Positions 11,521 through 25,555 of a stretch of DNA of 64,000 bases are shown here, piece by piece. The stretch is taken from the NCBI RefSeq assembly GCF_009914755.1, contig NC_060930.1; one strand, 5' to 3'. The DNA comes from the human T2T-CHM13v2.0 reference genome, Homo sapiens. A model generated the notes under the pieces. The model was not told the origin of the DNA and made no database searches. It saw only the letters and a list, made by a program, of their open reading frames with translations. How positions within the stretch are numbered: position 1 is the stretch's first letter; each line of letters begins with the position of its first letter. The position numbers were made by a program, and so were the translations under genes.

Positions 11521-12363
11521 AGGAAAGGACATGAACAGACATTTTTCAAAAGAAGACATACACGAGGCCAACAATCATATGAAAAAATCCTCAACATCAT
11601 TGATCATTAGAGAAATGCAAATCAAAACCACAATGAGATATATCTCACACTAGTCAGAATGGCTGTTATTAAAAAGTCAAAAATAATTGATGCTGGTGAG
11701 ATTGCAGAGAAAAAGAAACACTTATATACTGTTGGCAAGAGTGGAGATTAGTTCAACTATTGTGGAAGACGATGTGGCCATTCCTCAAACACCTAAAGAT
11801 AGAAATACCATTTGATTCAGCAATCCCATTACTGGGTATATACCCAAAGGAATATAAATCATTCTATTATAAAGACACGTGCATGTGTATGTTCACTGAA
11901 GCACTATTCACAATAGCAAAGACATGGAATCAACCTAAATGCCCATCAATGATAGATTGGATAAACAAAGTGTTGTACATATACACCGTGGAATACTATG
12001 CAGCCACAAAAAGAATGAGATCATGTCTGCTGGGACATGGATGGACCTAGAGGCTATTACACTTAGCAAACTAACACAGGAACAGAAAACCAAATACTGC
12101 ATCTTCTCACTTGTAAGTGGGAGCTAAATGATGAGAACACATGGACACGTAGGAACAACAGAAACTGGGGCCTATAGGAGGGTGGAGGGTGAAAGGAGGA
12201 AGAGGATCAGGAAAAATAACTAATAGGTAATAGGCTTAATACCTGGGTGATGAAATAATCTGTCCAACAAAACCCCATGACACACATTTACCTATGTAAC
12301 AAACCTGCACAGATACCCCTGTATATTTTATTTTAAGATAACTTAAAAAAAAAGTTAAAAAAC
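11521..12363 (+). mobile_element. 5'-truncated L1PA15/L1PREC2-like
   Basis: ORF2 C-terminus (AAGGACATGAACAGACA...) and 3' UTR GGATCAGGAAAAATAACTAAT...CCCCATGACACACATTTACCTATGTAAC. Confidence 0.88.
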
Positions 12364-12469
12364 AAATTAGGCTACAGTATGAGAAAATACTTGCAACATT
12401 TTTTTGACAAAGGTTTTGTATGTGGTACATATAGATAACTCTTATAAATCAACCCGTTTTAATGAGTTT

Positions 12470-13432
12470 TGCCATTGTAATAAATGATGCTCATATTTCA
12501 ATAGTTTAACACATTTTAAGTTAGTTTTTTGCTCATCTACTGTATCAGATACAGTCAATTCTCCAGAGAAACATAACCAATAGGAACTTGTATACATATA
12601 TATGAATTTTTTAAATAAGGAATTGGCTCATGCAAGGATGAAGGCTGAGAAGTCCCAAGATGTGTAGTTGGCAAGCTGTAGACCCAAGAATAGCATAATT
12701 CCAGTTTGAGTCTGAAGGTATGAGACCCAGGAGAGTGAATAATGCAGTTGTAGTCTGAAGCCCTGCAGGCTTGAAACCCAGGAAGAGCTGATGCTTCAGT
12801 TCATGTCTAACAGCAGGGAAATGCCTGTGATCCACATAAAGGCAGTCAAGCAGGAGGAATTCCCTCTTACTCCTGAGAAAGTCAGTCTTTTTGTTCCATT
12901 CAGATGTTCAACTGATAGGATGAGGCCCACCCTCATTAGGGATGGCAATGTGCATTACTCAGTCTATGAATTCAGGTGTTAATCTCATTCAGACACACCC
13001 TCACAGACACACCCAGAGCAATGTTTGACCGAATGTCTGGGCACCCCATGGCCTTTTGCCCAGTTAAATTGACATATAAAACTAGACATTATGCACAGCC
13101 ACAGCAGCTCTGCTTCTGTGTGTCCTTCTATTCTGGGTTCCAGGCTAAAGGCGCAGGCCCTTTCCAAGATTTGCTACTGCTAAGGCAGAGAGAAAAGGCA
13201 AGAGAATCAGAAAAACCATACCATCGCTGATAAAGCTTTTGCTCAGAAATTGAATACTGGCTACTCTTCCCAAATTTTATTTGCTAAAACAAATCACGTG
13301 ACTACGCTGATGTAAATAGGTGGGAAAATAGAATTAAACCACAGAAATATACTACTAGTCACATGAAAATAAGTGCGCATAATCTTCCTAAGGGAGACAG
13401 CATAATTGGGAACTATAATTCATTCCATTACA
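12470..13432 (-). mobile_element. Old MaLR LTR (MLT1J/K-like) split by an MLT2 insertion
   Basis: Flanks 12470-12545 and 13100-13432: CTGGGTTCCAGGCTAAAGGCGCAG, AAAGCTTTTGCTCAGAAA, CAAATCACGTGAC, GAACTATAATTCATTCCATTACA. Confidence 0.55.
12550..13093 (-). mobile_element. ERVL LTR, MLT2B-like
   Basis: TTCTCCAGAGAAACATAACCAATAGG...GGAATTGGCTCATG...CACCCTCACAGACACACCCAG...AAATTGACATATAAAA. Confidence 0.88.
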
Positions 13433-13959
13433 TTATCTTCAAGGACTAAGATTAAACTGTCCTATAATTTTCAGATTTAAAATAAAATCACCTTAACAGC
13501 CAGCAATCTTTATCCACTTTATTAATTTGGCAAAGACCTGAAATAATAAAAAGTACAATAAAATTGTCAAAAATCATTTATTGACAAAAAAATCATGGCA
13601 ACATTTTGAACATACAATAGAATCAACAGATGCAAAATATGGTTCTTGAAATATTCTTTGTTGTAATTTTTATATGATTCATTAATACTACGTGAATGAA
13701 ACATTGTACTACTTAGTTCTTTTACCACAATTGACACCTAGAAATGTCCTCCATTGGAAAATGTTACATGAGATCCACTTCTAAGGCATGTTGATTGAGT
13801 TAGCTTTGCATTTTAATATGTGAAGAGACAAGCTTTTTGTTTTCTTTCATTACTTTTCCCTTTTTTTTCTTTAGAGCAATGGAGTTCTTCAAACACTCAG
13901 ACACACACACACCACACAGTTTTAGTAAAGTATGGTGTTGCATAACTTCAAATTTAAGT

Positions 13960-14352
13960 TTCCAGCTTCTTTTTCCCCTAAGTATGGCCCTGTGACTATG
14001 GAATGCAAGTAGAATAAATATGTACTATTGTCAACACACAGCCTTAAAATGAATGCTGATTTGCTTCTCTGTTTCTGCCTCCTTATTATCTAGAAAATGA
14101 AGATTATACTAGCCAAAGACATTAGACCTAGAAAGAAAAGGTGAGAAAGGCTCTTAATAAGGATGTCAGGGTCTTTATCCATGACCTGAGTTTCTGGACG
14201 TTCTTATGGAGCAGACTTGCCTTCCTAACCTGGACTGCTCTCTTCCTCCGGATTATTTTGTGAGAGAGTGAAGAAAAAAAAATACTATCTAATTTGAGCT
14301 TCTGTATTTTTGAGTTTCTTTTACAGCAGCTTAGCCTATGCCTAAGAAATAC
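13960..14352 (+). mobile_element. MLT1J-like MaLR LTR fragment
   Basis: GTATGGCCCTGTGACT, CCTGGACTGCT, GTGAGAGAG...TACAGCAGCTTAGCCTATGCCTAAGAAATAC terminus. Confidence 0.55.
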
Positions 14353-16469
14353 GTAGACAGATGTAGACTCCAGAGTTATGTGAGACTTAAAATTGGTTAA
14401 GTGAATAAAATCTACCAAATGATCAAGACTAGTATCAGTAGGTCTTGGCAATTGGCTGTTTATCTAACCTCTCCTACTAGATTTATTGGCTCTATATGCC
14501 TCTTAGTGGCCTCTGAGACGTCTAACCCAGGTCATAAAGTAATTATCCCAAACAGATTTAATCAAATACTCTCAAAATGAATAATTTTTTAAAGTCAAAG
14601 TTTAGATTCTTTAATTATAAAAGAGAAACTTGAATTAATTCCTTCACCTTTTAGTCAAGACATCGGCAGTTCAGTTTGATCACATTTGACTCTTGACCCA
14701 AAACCTAATTTTCCTAGACTTTCTCATTATTGTGCATGTGTTATATTAGTTATTATTACTATGGGACCCTAGAGAAGTGGTTGAATGCATAGGGGTTCCT
14801 TAAAATAAGAAACATTCACTTGTTTGATTTCACAAAGCTCAGGGAATCTGATTTTATGATTTCCTGGGAAATGTCATCCATGATTTTTGAACAAAGCCAG
14901 TGTCCCAGCAATTCATTTTCTACCTTCCACGAAGATTAAACAATAGGAATTTCTGCCTTTGAATTATTAGAATTATTTGACTTATTTGTTTGTTATGCCA
15001 ATTCTTCAGTATTTCTATAAACCCATTTATCAGTATATCGAAACCTCTTTCCCTTTTCTAACAACGGTAGGATTATTTTTAAGAATATTTGGGTCATATT
15101 TGGTTTCAAGAGAAAATATATTTGCTTTTCTCTCCAAACCAAGGGCTGCTATTGTCATCAACACAATGTAACATTGAAGCCATATCTCAGGTAAGACTCC
15201 TAAGAGAGAATTTAAAACCGGGGAAGGAGGGAAAAAAAGGAAAATGAAAGTGGTGTTTCATCATTTCCAAAGTTTCTTTGACCTTTGAGGGAAATGAATG
15301 GCACTGAAAGAAGTCGTAATAAACACTGGCTCCAGTGTTGTGACATTTCTATTACCTCATTGTTTGATAATTTCTTTCTACCCTGGTCAAATGATGTCTA
15401 TAGTTTGCTTTTTCCATTTTTTACCTTATGATTTATTCAGTGTGATTGAAGACTCAGTCTGTTTACTGTAACTGTATTTTTATTATCCTTGTCTAAGGAT
15501 GGCTTTATGATTATGAGTTCCCTCTGAGTCTGCTCTAAATTCTTTGTTGCTAGCATTCTACAGCATTACTTTAAGTCATAATGTCTTACAGTACACTGCT
15601 GAATATACTGTTGTACAAACAGTGCAGAAATTTATTTCTTTCTCTCCTCAGATTTTAATTCAGCAATCAACTGTCTTGGTGAGGAGTTTACTCAGTACAG
15701 GGCACAAAGGAGATAAGATCCCATAGTCAAATATGGCTGGTGAGAAACTTTCACGGAAACAGAAATATTACACATTCATAGCTTCTCTGCACAGTAAACT
15801 CCCAGAATTTTCATTTGTTTTGTAAATGTAAAGATAAACATGAAGGCTATCTTAAAATATATTGCACCATGGATACCATAATGGGATGTGAATATGGAGC
15901 TGTCAAGTTATGCTTATAAATAATGCTATTTCCTAGACAATTTTATTTTAGAGATTTGTACATATTTTTTCCTGAGTAAATATGTGGATCAGGCCAAGAT
16001 ATGTCAATATGTCAATAAAAGTGTTGCAGAAATGTCTTATGGATACGAATACATTATCTGATAAAAATTCATATGTAGCTGTTTGCTCATGGCTGAAGAT
16101 ATAGATAGGCCAAAGATCATTGAAGAGGAAACAAATCCTATGCATTTGGGTTCTTCAGCAGACTGTTCACATAGCTAATACACCAAAACAGCACAGAATA
16201 GTTTTTTTCTTAATCCACAATTGTGTTTATGATGAGCAAGAAGTATAATGGCCTTGCAGAGATAATTTTGACCTCAGCAGAACTGTGGTGTAAACCTATT
16301 TGTCATTTTGCTGGTACCGGGAAGAGTGTCCATTACCTCTCCCTGTCTTAAGTATATCTACAAAATTGGCATGTGCAGATAACTATTCCAAACAAGAATA
16401 TCCTCATTCCTACACTTTGCTGGGAAGCTGCCTAGTACAGTCCTTAAGAACATATCCTCCGAGGTCATA

Positions 16470-16625
16470 CAGCTTATTAGGATTTAAGTACTGGCTTTGC
16501 CAAATTTTCTGGCTATATGAGCTTAGGATTATTTTCAGAACAGAACAGGGATGATAATGGTACCTGCCTCACAAGTGTTGTAGTGATTCAAGAGATAAAA
16601 TGTATTATGCATTTGGCACATATTG
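16470..16625 (+). mobile_element. MIR fragment
   Basis: GGGATGATAATGGTACCTGCCTCACAAGTGTTGTAGTGATTCAAGAGATAA core. Confidence 0.7.
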
Positions 16626-18227
16626 AAGGAGGAATGATGGTGCCTAGATTATGGTTGCTGTTGCCAGTGATGTTACATCTATAGTAGAGCAATACATTCC
16701 GGCTTCCCTTACACTATAGTATACATCCAGACCTGTTTTAAATACCATTGGCAGAATATTATCACTTTCTTTTTACATTTGGGAGTATTTGCTGTGCATA
16801 TATCTAGTGTGGGCTCCCTCTGTTGGTTGGCCAAGAGACTGGTGGCCCTGTATTTATAAACCTTGAGGCCCATTTACCTTTCAGAATTGTTAGAATTAGG
16901 CATTAATGATTCACTGACTGAAAAGAAAAGAGAAAAAAGATTACTTTCTGAATCTTAGAAAAGGGCAATACCACTTAGTACGCATTATGTATCTAGGCAT
17001 AGAGGAGGTGTTATTGTAAATAGTGAATATAACTGGATTTCCTACATCTAATTTGAAAATGGAATCTTTCAAACTATAATGTTGAATCAAAGCATTGTGC
17101 AGATTACTGAAATAAGCTATTAAAAATACCATAAAATGAAAACAACAAGTAATATGAAAAATTAAAATAATTGCTTATTTCATTTATATATTTTAAAAAG
17201 TGCAGAGCCTCCAAAGCAAGCAGAAAAGTCAGCCTCAGCAAGGACAAAATTAACTTCATAATAAGGTTTCATTTTTCACATCAGGCTGAAAGCTTCCAGA
17301 TAAATCTAAGAAGAGTTTAAACTGTGATTTTATAACTATCAGAAGAAGTGGATAAAGTTACTTGAGAAAGTGTCTAGCTAGGATATTGGAGAGAAGCAGA
17401 TTAATAATGTATGCTAACTGCTTTGTACTTAATTAGTGAGAAAACTGAAGTTTCAAGTTACTCTTATCTCATGAGAACATTGCTTTATCTAAACATAAGA
17501 TGGTGTCAGTGCTTTACATTGTCAAAAATGTAGATACTTATCCACTTTTAGAAAAAAATTGTCTAGGTAATACAGGCACAGTGTATGAAATTTAAAATGT
17601 GCTAAAAAGTATCCAGTGCAATTCATATCTCTTCATAATTCCATCTACTCATTTCCTCCCAAAGGAAAACTGGTCTTAATTTTGCTCTATCTCGTTGAAT
17701 ACATTTTAGCTCTTCCTCTGGCATAATACCAGGCCATGGGTCCAAGACTTGTGGTTTCAGCTGTGCGATATTTGAAACTGGAATCAAGATTTTCTATCTC
17801 AACAACCAACATTGGGAAGTAGAGACCCTCCCCTGACATGACAGAGTTGTGTAAGACTTGCAGTTAACCAGAACAGATTGCCTTTTTACAGGGATATACT
17901 GTAGCCAATTGTCAGAGAAGCTTGGGTTTTCCAACTTCTTGGGAGGCCAACCTGCAAAGTATCAATCTTGAATCTTATCTCTCAGTCTTTGCTGTGAAAT
18001 TAAATTTTAATATAATGCCTCTCATTCCATTTTCCATCTAGTGAGCTGCCAGTAACTATATCTTAAGCCTGAACTCAAATACCATGAACTGTACTTGATT
18101 TGTGATCAACTCAATATTAGGAATTATCCCTTCAAATATATTATTTTGGTAAATCATAGATTATGTCTATCAGATTATTTTCCATATATACTACCTACAT
18201 CTACTTACACTTTATTAATTACACTGA

Positions 18228-18365
18228 TCTGTCTATATACACTCCCTTGGTGATCTCATCCAGTTTCATGACTTTAAATTCCATCTAATATTATGCTTGA
18301 TTAATCCATTTCAAAATGAGAATTACCTCTCTGATTCTGAAACTTGACTTATCCAGCTGGATTTT
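18228..18365 (+). mobile_element. L2 fragment (RT region)
   Basis: CTCCCTTGGTGATCTCATCCAGTTTCATGACTTTAAATTCCATCT matches the L2 consensus. Confidence 0.7.
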
Positions 18366-18957
18366 ATCAGTGGAGGAGAGCTTTGTTGGCACTCCAAAGT
18401 AAACTCTAGAGGTCGCTATTTTTGCAAGTACATCAAGGACTAACTGTCTCTTTTTGAAGAAAATAATTTTTTCTGCTGGTATCATATTTGGGGTTAATGA
18501 ATTCTTTCCACTTAATTATTTCAATAGATGTCATTATATTTATTTTTAAATCATCTCATTGATTTACAAACCATTCCTTTGTATTATGTTGACCTTAGAT
18601 ATAACATTCACGCATTCATGGATTCTGTGACATCTACCCCAATGTTTGTTTTCTAAATGTAAGGATTCAGATCTTTCCATTTTCTTCTTATAAGATATAC
18701 TGACTATTTTCCAGTCTCGTTCATCATATAGATGTCTTTATTAATCTTTATATAAGTTTTTTTTTTCATTTTGGAATGTAGTAGAGTTTCTTTGCCAGGC
18801 ATAGGCTTTTGTTGTAATGATAAAAAAAGATAAAATATGTTTCCCTTCAGTTTGTATGATTGTTTTAATAATATCTAACAATTTGTACTTTTACTGGATC
18901 CAGCTGATTCCAGGAGAAAGATATATAACAAAGCTTCCTCAATAATTTCTTCTATTT

Positions 18958-18971
18958 TATATATATATATA

Positions 18972-19014
<43 letters not shown>
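18958..19014. repeat. (TA)n microsatellite
   Basis: Two long TA runs separated by GTGTAC. Confidence 0.95.
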
Positions 19015-19045
19015 GTTGATGAAAACGTTGTGTATGGCACATATA

Positions 19046-19388
19046 CAGTCATGTTCCTCATATGATGTTTTGGCCAACCATGGACCACATATATGACTGT
19101 GGTCTCATAAGATTATAATACCATATCTTTACTGAACCTCTTTAATGTTTAGATATGTTTAGATACATAAATACTACTATGTGGCAATTGCCTGCAGTAT
19201 TCAATACAGTAACATGCTGTATGGGTTTGTAGCCTAGGAGCAATAGGCTATACCATATAGCCCAGGTATGTAGTAAGTGAACTCATCTAGGTTTGTGTAA
19301 GTACACTATGATGTTCACCTAATGGTGACATCATTTAACAATGTATTTATCAGAACATATCCCCATCATTAAAGAATGCATGGCTTTG
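19046..19388. mobile_element. Tigger3a (MER7A)-like TcMar MITE
   Basis: Termini CAGTCATG.. and ..GCATGGCTTTG with TA on both sides; internal TAGCCTAGGAGCAATAGGCTA. Confidence 0.88.
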
Positions 19389-20195
19389 TAAGTATACATT
19401 CATAAATATATGTGTGTATATACGTATGCTATGTATATCAGCTTCTTTGAGATATACTTCCTATACCATAATTAATCCACCTAAAATGTACAATTCTATG
19501 GTTTCTAGTATATTCATAGAGTTGTGCAACCATCACCAAAGTCAAATTTAAGAAAAATGGAGAACTCTTCAGAAGTCATTCCCCATTTTTTCTTAACCCC
19601 CAACTCCAAGTCCTAGGCAACCACAAATCTTCTTGCATCTCTAATTATTTCCCTATTCCAGACATTTCCTAAAAGTGAAATCATACAATATATAGTCTTT
19701 TGTGACTACCTTATTTCATTAACATAATGTTTGTAAGTTTCATTTATGTCTTAGTATGTACCATACTTCACACATTGTTATTGCTGAATAAAATTTCGTT
19801 GTATGAATATGCCACACTTTGTTTATCCATTCTCTGTTGATAAACCTTAGGTTTGTTTCCACATTTTCGATATTATGAATACCGCTTTTATGAATATTCA
19901 TGTACAATTTTTGTGTGAACATAAATTTTTATTCCTCTTTGGAATATACCTAGAAGTGAAATCTTGAGGTCATATGGTAACTCTGCGTATAATCTTTTGA
20001 AAAATTGTCAGACTGTTTTCCAAAGTGGCTGCACTACGTTACATTCGCATCAAAAATGAGTATATGAGGATTCAAATTTCTCCACATTCTTTTCCACACT
20101 TTTTTATGTCCACACATAATTTTTTATTATCTCTTTGTTTTGATAAAAGCCATCCTAGTGGGTATGCAGTGACATCTTATTATGGTTTTGACTTA

Positions 20196-20237
20196 TTGGA
20201 TTGGTACAAAGACATTGCTGTTTTTGCCATTGAAAGT
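20196..20237. mobile_element. Half MADE1 (Hsmar1 MITE)
   Basis: TTGGATTGGTACAAAGACATTGCTGTTTTTGCCATTGAAAGT resembles one MADE1 TIR plus spacer. Confidence 0.65.
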
Positions 20238-20731
20238 GTCCGATAATGTTGAACATCTTTTCATGTGCTTATCGGTCATTTGTATATCTTCCTTGGGGAA
20301 ATGTCTATTTAAATACTTTTCCTATTTTAAAATTTGTTTATTTGTCTTTTTATTATTGAGTTTGAGATTTCTTTATACATTCTAGATATAATAATATTTA
20401 CTTAAATTTTCTAAATACAAGTTTCTTATCTGATACATGACTTGAAAACATTTTTTCCATTTTGTGTATTGTCTTTTTATTTTCCTGATGCTATCCTTTG
20501 AAACACAGTTTTTAATTTTGAGAAGTCCAATTTATTTACTTTTTCATTTGTCACTTTTGGGTGTTTTATTAAGGTTTATGACTAACTAAAGGCCATAAAG
20601 ATTTGCTCACATATACATACATATTTTAAGATTTCTTTACTTTTAGCTCTTGTGTTTAGGTCTAAAATTTATTTTGAGTTAATTTTTGTAGGTGATATGA
20701 GGAAGAGGTCCAATTTTATTTTTTTTGTATC

Positions 20732-21030
<299 letters not shown>

Positions 21031-21412
21031 TTTTTTGGTATCTTAATATGCAGTTGTCCCAGCACCATTTGTTGAAAAGCCTATTACCACTCCTCCGCTA
21101 CCCCTCACTGAATTTTCTGGGGACTTGTTGAACATGAATTTACCATAAATTTGAGTGTTTGCTTCTGAACTCTAATTCTATTGAATTGACCTATATGTTT
21201 GTCTTTACATGTTACTTAGTGTAGCTTTGTAGTAAGTTTTAAAATGGGGAAAATGTAAATTGTCAAACTTTGTTCCTTTTTTTCAGTATTACTTTGGCGT
21301 TTCATGATCCTTTGAAATTTCATACGAATTTTTATGATCAGTTTTTCATTTCTGCAAGATCACCATTTGGATTTTCATAGGAATTGCATTGAATTTATAT
21401 ATCAATTTGGAA

Positions 21413-21457
21413 GGTAATGTCATCTTAATAATATTGGTAATGTCATCTTAATAATAT
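21413..21457. repeat. 23-bp tandem duplication
   Basis: GGTAATGTCATCTTAATAATAT(T) twice, no mismatches over 22 bp. Confidence 0.95.
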
Positions 21458-22366
21458 GTCCTGATCCATAAACATGGGATTTCTTTCTTTTTATTTAGGT
21501 CTCCTTTAATTTATTCCGCAATATTCTGTAGTTTTCAAAGTATATGTCTTGTACTTCTTTTGCTAAATTGATTTTTAAGTATTTTTTTATGTTACTTTAA
21601 ATTGTATTGTTTCTTGAATTTCATTTTTGGTGGGTACAATTAATTAATGTACATTGCTCTATACCCTGCAAAATTGCTGAATTTATCTCCAAAAATAGCT
21701 TTTAAATGGCTTCATTAGGATATTCTCTATATAAGATCATGTTACCTGAGAATAAAAATAGATTTACTTCTTCCCTTCCTGGTTAGATGATTTTTATTTT
21801 GTTTTCTTGAATAATTGCCCTGGCTAGAACCTCTAGCACAGTGCTGAGTAGAACTAACGAGAGCAGGCATCCTTGTTTCTGATCTTAGGGGACCAGCATT
21901 CAGTTTTTCACTATTGTGTATGGCATTCATGTGGGTTTTTGTAGATGCCTTTATCAGATAGAAGAAGTTATTTTCTATTGACTAATTTGATGTGGATTTT
22001 TATCATTAAATGATGTTGGATTTTATAAAATACTTTTATTTGTATCTATTGAGATAATTATTTGGCTTTTGTCCTTTATTCTATTGATATGACATATCAA
22101 TAGATATATAATCTTTTACTATGTGCATATATTATAATTATTAAATATTCATGATGGATTAAACATTTTTCAATAATAAATTCCTATTTTTCCTCTAGTA
22201 TCTTTTTTGTTTGAAGTTTATTTTGTCTGACATTAGAGTAGCCATTTTAGCTTTCATAAAGTTTTCCGTTGCACGATATATTTTTCTCTTTCCTTTTATG
22301 TTCAATCTGTTTGTATCTTTGATTCTACAGTGTGTCTCCTGTAAGATAGAATAGTCAAATTCCATC

Positions 22367-22664
<298 letters not shown>

Positions 22665-22899
22665 AAATCCCATTTTTTAAATATCCAGTCTGACAGTCTC
22701 TGCTTTGGATTGGGTTGTTTAATCCACTAAAATGTAATTTTATTATCAATAGAGTTGAATTTATCTCCACCCATTACTCTTTGTTTTCTATATATCTCAT
22801 TTTATTTTTCTTCTACTAATCATTCTTTATTTTTTTTGCATTGTGAATATTTTCTAGTGTAATGTTTTAATTAAGAATTTTCCCAACATTTTTGAGTAA

Positions 22900-23205
<306 letters not shown>

Positions 23206-23502
23206 ATTTTTGAGTAATTATTATTATTGGTTGCTTTAAGATTTACCTTATATCTTTTAATTTAATTGAATCTACTTAAGATATATGCTAATTTAATTCC
23301 AGTAATATATAGAAACATTACTCTTATATAGCTGTATTTCTTCTTACCTTGTTTTGCGCTATTATAGTTACATATATTACATATATATTTTTTCACAAAG
23401 CATGATATTGTTATAACTATTACTTTATATAATTTATATGTTTATGTTCTGTGAGTCTTTACAGTGAAAAATTGAAACTGAGTGTACTTTTGAGAATCCC
23501 CC

Positions 23503-23882
23503 TATATTAGTTTGCTAGGGATGCCATAACAAAATATCACAGACTGAGTTGTTTAAACAAATGAAATTTATTTTCTCACAGTTCTGGAACCTGGAAGTTC
23601 AAGATCAAGGTGACAAAGGTGTTTTCTCTCCTGAGGCTTCTCTCCTTGGCTTGCAGATGGCCATCTTCTTGCTGTGACCTCACACAGCATTTTCTCTCTG
23701 ATTGTACTTCCCTGGTGTCTCTTCCTTTTCATATAAGGGCACCAGTCATATTGGATTAGGAACCCCTATGACCTCATTTAACCTTAATTACCTCCATAAA
23801 GGACCTATCTCCAAAGACAGTCACATTGGTGGTTAGGACTACAACATATAAATTTTGGAGGAGCACAGTTCAGTACATAACA
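23503..23882 (-). mobile_element. MLT1A/MLT1A0 solo LTR
   Basis: TATATTAGTTTGCTAGGGATGCCATAACAAA...CACAGTTCAGTACATAACA; TSD-like CCCCC/CCCCA. Confidence 0.88.
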
Positions 23883-24747
23883 CCCCAAACTTAGTGTTAG
23901 TGTCATAAGTGAGGATAGTCTTGTGTAAACTCTTCTTTCTAACTTTAGGCTTAGACCCTAACTCTTTGCAGAAGGGGTCAGAGGTTTGGGGAAGATTTGA
24001 CAGCCTGGCAGACTGTGCCCTTAATCTTGTAGTTTGGTTAATTCCCAGGTTGTATCAAGTCCAGCTATTAGGCTCCTCTAATTGCTGGCTGGTTGCTCTA
24101 TTCTTTCTGATAATGCCTTGGGGCATAGATTGCTTTGTAGTCTGATCAAATTAAATTTGGGCTCCTTTGCAGGGGTAGTTTTTGAGGTCAGTCTTTGTGT
24201 TTTGTTCTAATCCAAGGAGGGCTCTTCTTAGTTATCTCTTTTCCTGGTTTTCTTTAGTAAACTATTGGCCTACAGTTAAGTTTATTGCCTTCATGTGGCT
24301 GCCATCTTTCTCCTAATTGCTTACCACCAAAATCTCCACAGGACACCTTAGACTTAAACTTCTCCACACTTTGTTCCAAGTAAACTTAGTTACTTTGGAG
24401 AGAACTTAGAGTTCTTTGTTTTTATGGCCTGCCTGTACCCCTGGGCAAAATCTCTGAGTCACTATTTCAGAGCTGGGGGTGGGGAAAAAGGCTCACTGCT
24501 TTGGGAGTGACACTTCTGCTTTATGACAGAGGCATTAGTTCCTAGTCTTCTTGGCTGCATCTCTCTGTGTGGGTCTTCTATTCTGCAAGTAAGTTGAGCC
24601 AGAACAGTCAGAGCTCCAGTATTCTCAGTGTGCTGTGCCTGGAGAAGACCCCTCACCCCACAAGTGGGGACTGTGTTGAAGAAAGGAACCCTCAATTTCT
24701 CAGATAAACTTAGCTGAATTTATTCTCCACAACAGTAGAGGTTGGGA

Positions 24748-25555
24748 TAATATGGGGCAGGCGGGTGGTGGGGAGGGCAAGGAAGTTCTGGGTAAAGAAA
24801 GGCGCAGTCCACAGCCAGGGTTCCACCCTCGGGCCTGTGCCCACAGACCTAAGTGAGGACAGGCACTCCTTTTTTCACACCCAAATGTGGCATTTTCCCA
24901 GACCACTCTGGCCCACCACACCCTCCATCCTGTTTCTATGCAAACCCCAAGACCCTAGTGGACACACACAGGTGGCTGGATGTCAAGAAGAACAGAAGAG
25001 TGGAAGAGCACACCGACAGGCACCAGCAGATGCCAACAGGCCATTCACAGTGAATGGACATCAAATTTGGCTGGGGGTGGTAGGAGGAGAGTCCGGTGCT
25101 GGGCGGCCTGACTCCAGGGGAAGATCACCTTCCCACTCCATCCTTCTGACCTCCCCATCCACCTCGCTGAGAGCTACCGCCATTCATTAAAACTTTGCAC
25201 CCATCCTCCAAGCCCACATGTGATCTGATTTTTCTGGTACACCAAGGCAAAAACCTGGTATACAGAAAGTCCTCTGTCCTTCTGATAAGACAGAGGGTCT
25301 AATTGAGCTGATTAACATAAGCCACCTGCAGACGGCAAAACTGAAAGAGCACTGTGTAACACATGCCCACTGGGGCTTCCAGAGCTGTGAACATTCACCC
25401 CTAGGTGCTCCTGTGGGTTCAGAGCCTGAAAACGCTCCCCATGACCTGCTAGTCTGCATGCTCCCTCTAGGGGTTTGAGCAGAGGGGCACTGAAGAAGTG
25501 AGTCACACCCCTGTCACAAGCCCTATGGGGGGATAAAGGAATTCCTCCCGTTTCA
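24748..25555 (+). mobile_element. Second solo ERV1 LTR, LTR1-like
   Basis: Colinear with 4301-5122 along its length; ends CCCGTTTCA; TSD GGGA at 24744-24747 and 25556-25559. Confidence 0.85.

Noticed and set aside
20196-20237. miR-548-type hairpin
   Set aside because: Only one MADE1 arm is present, so no hairpin forms
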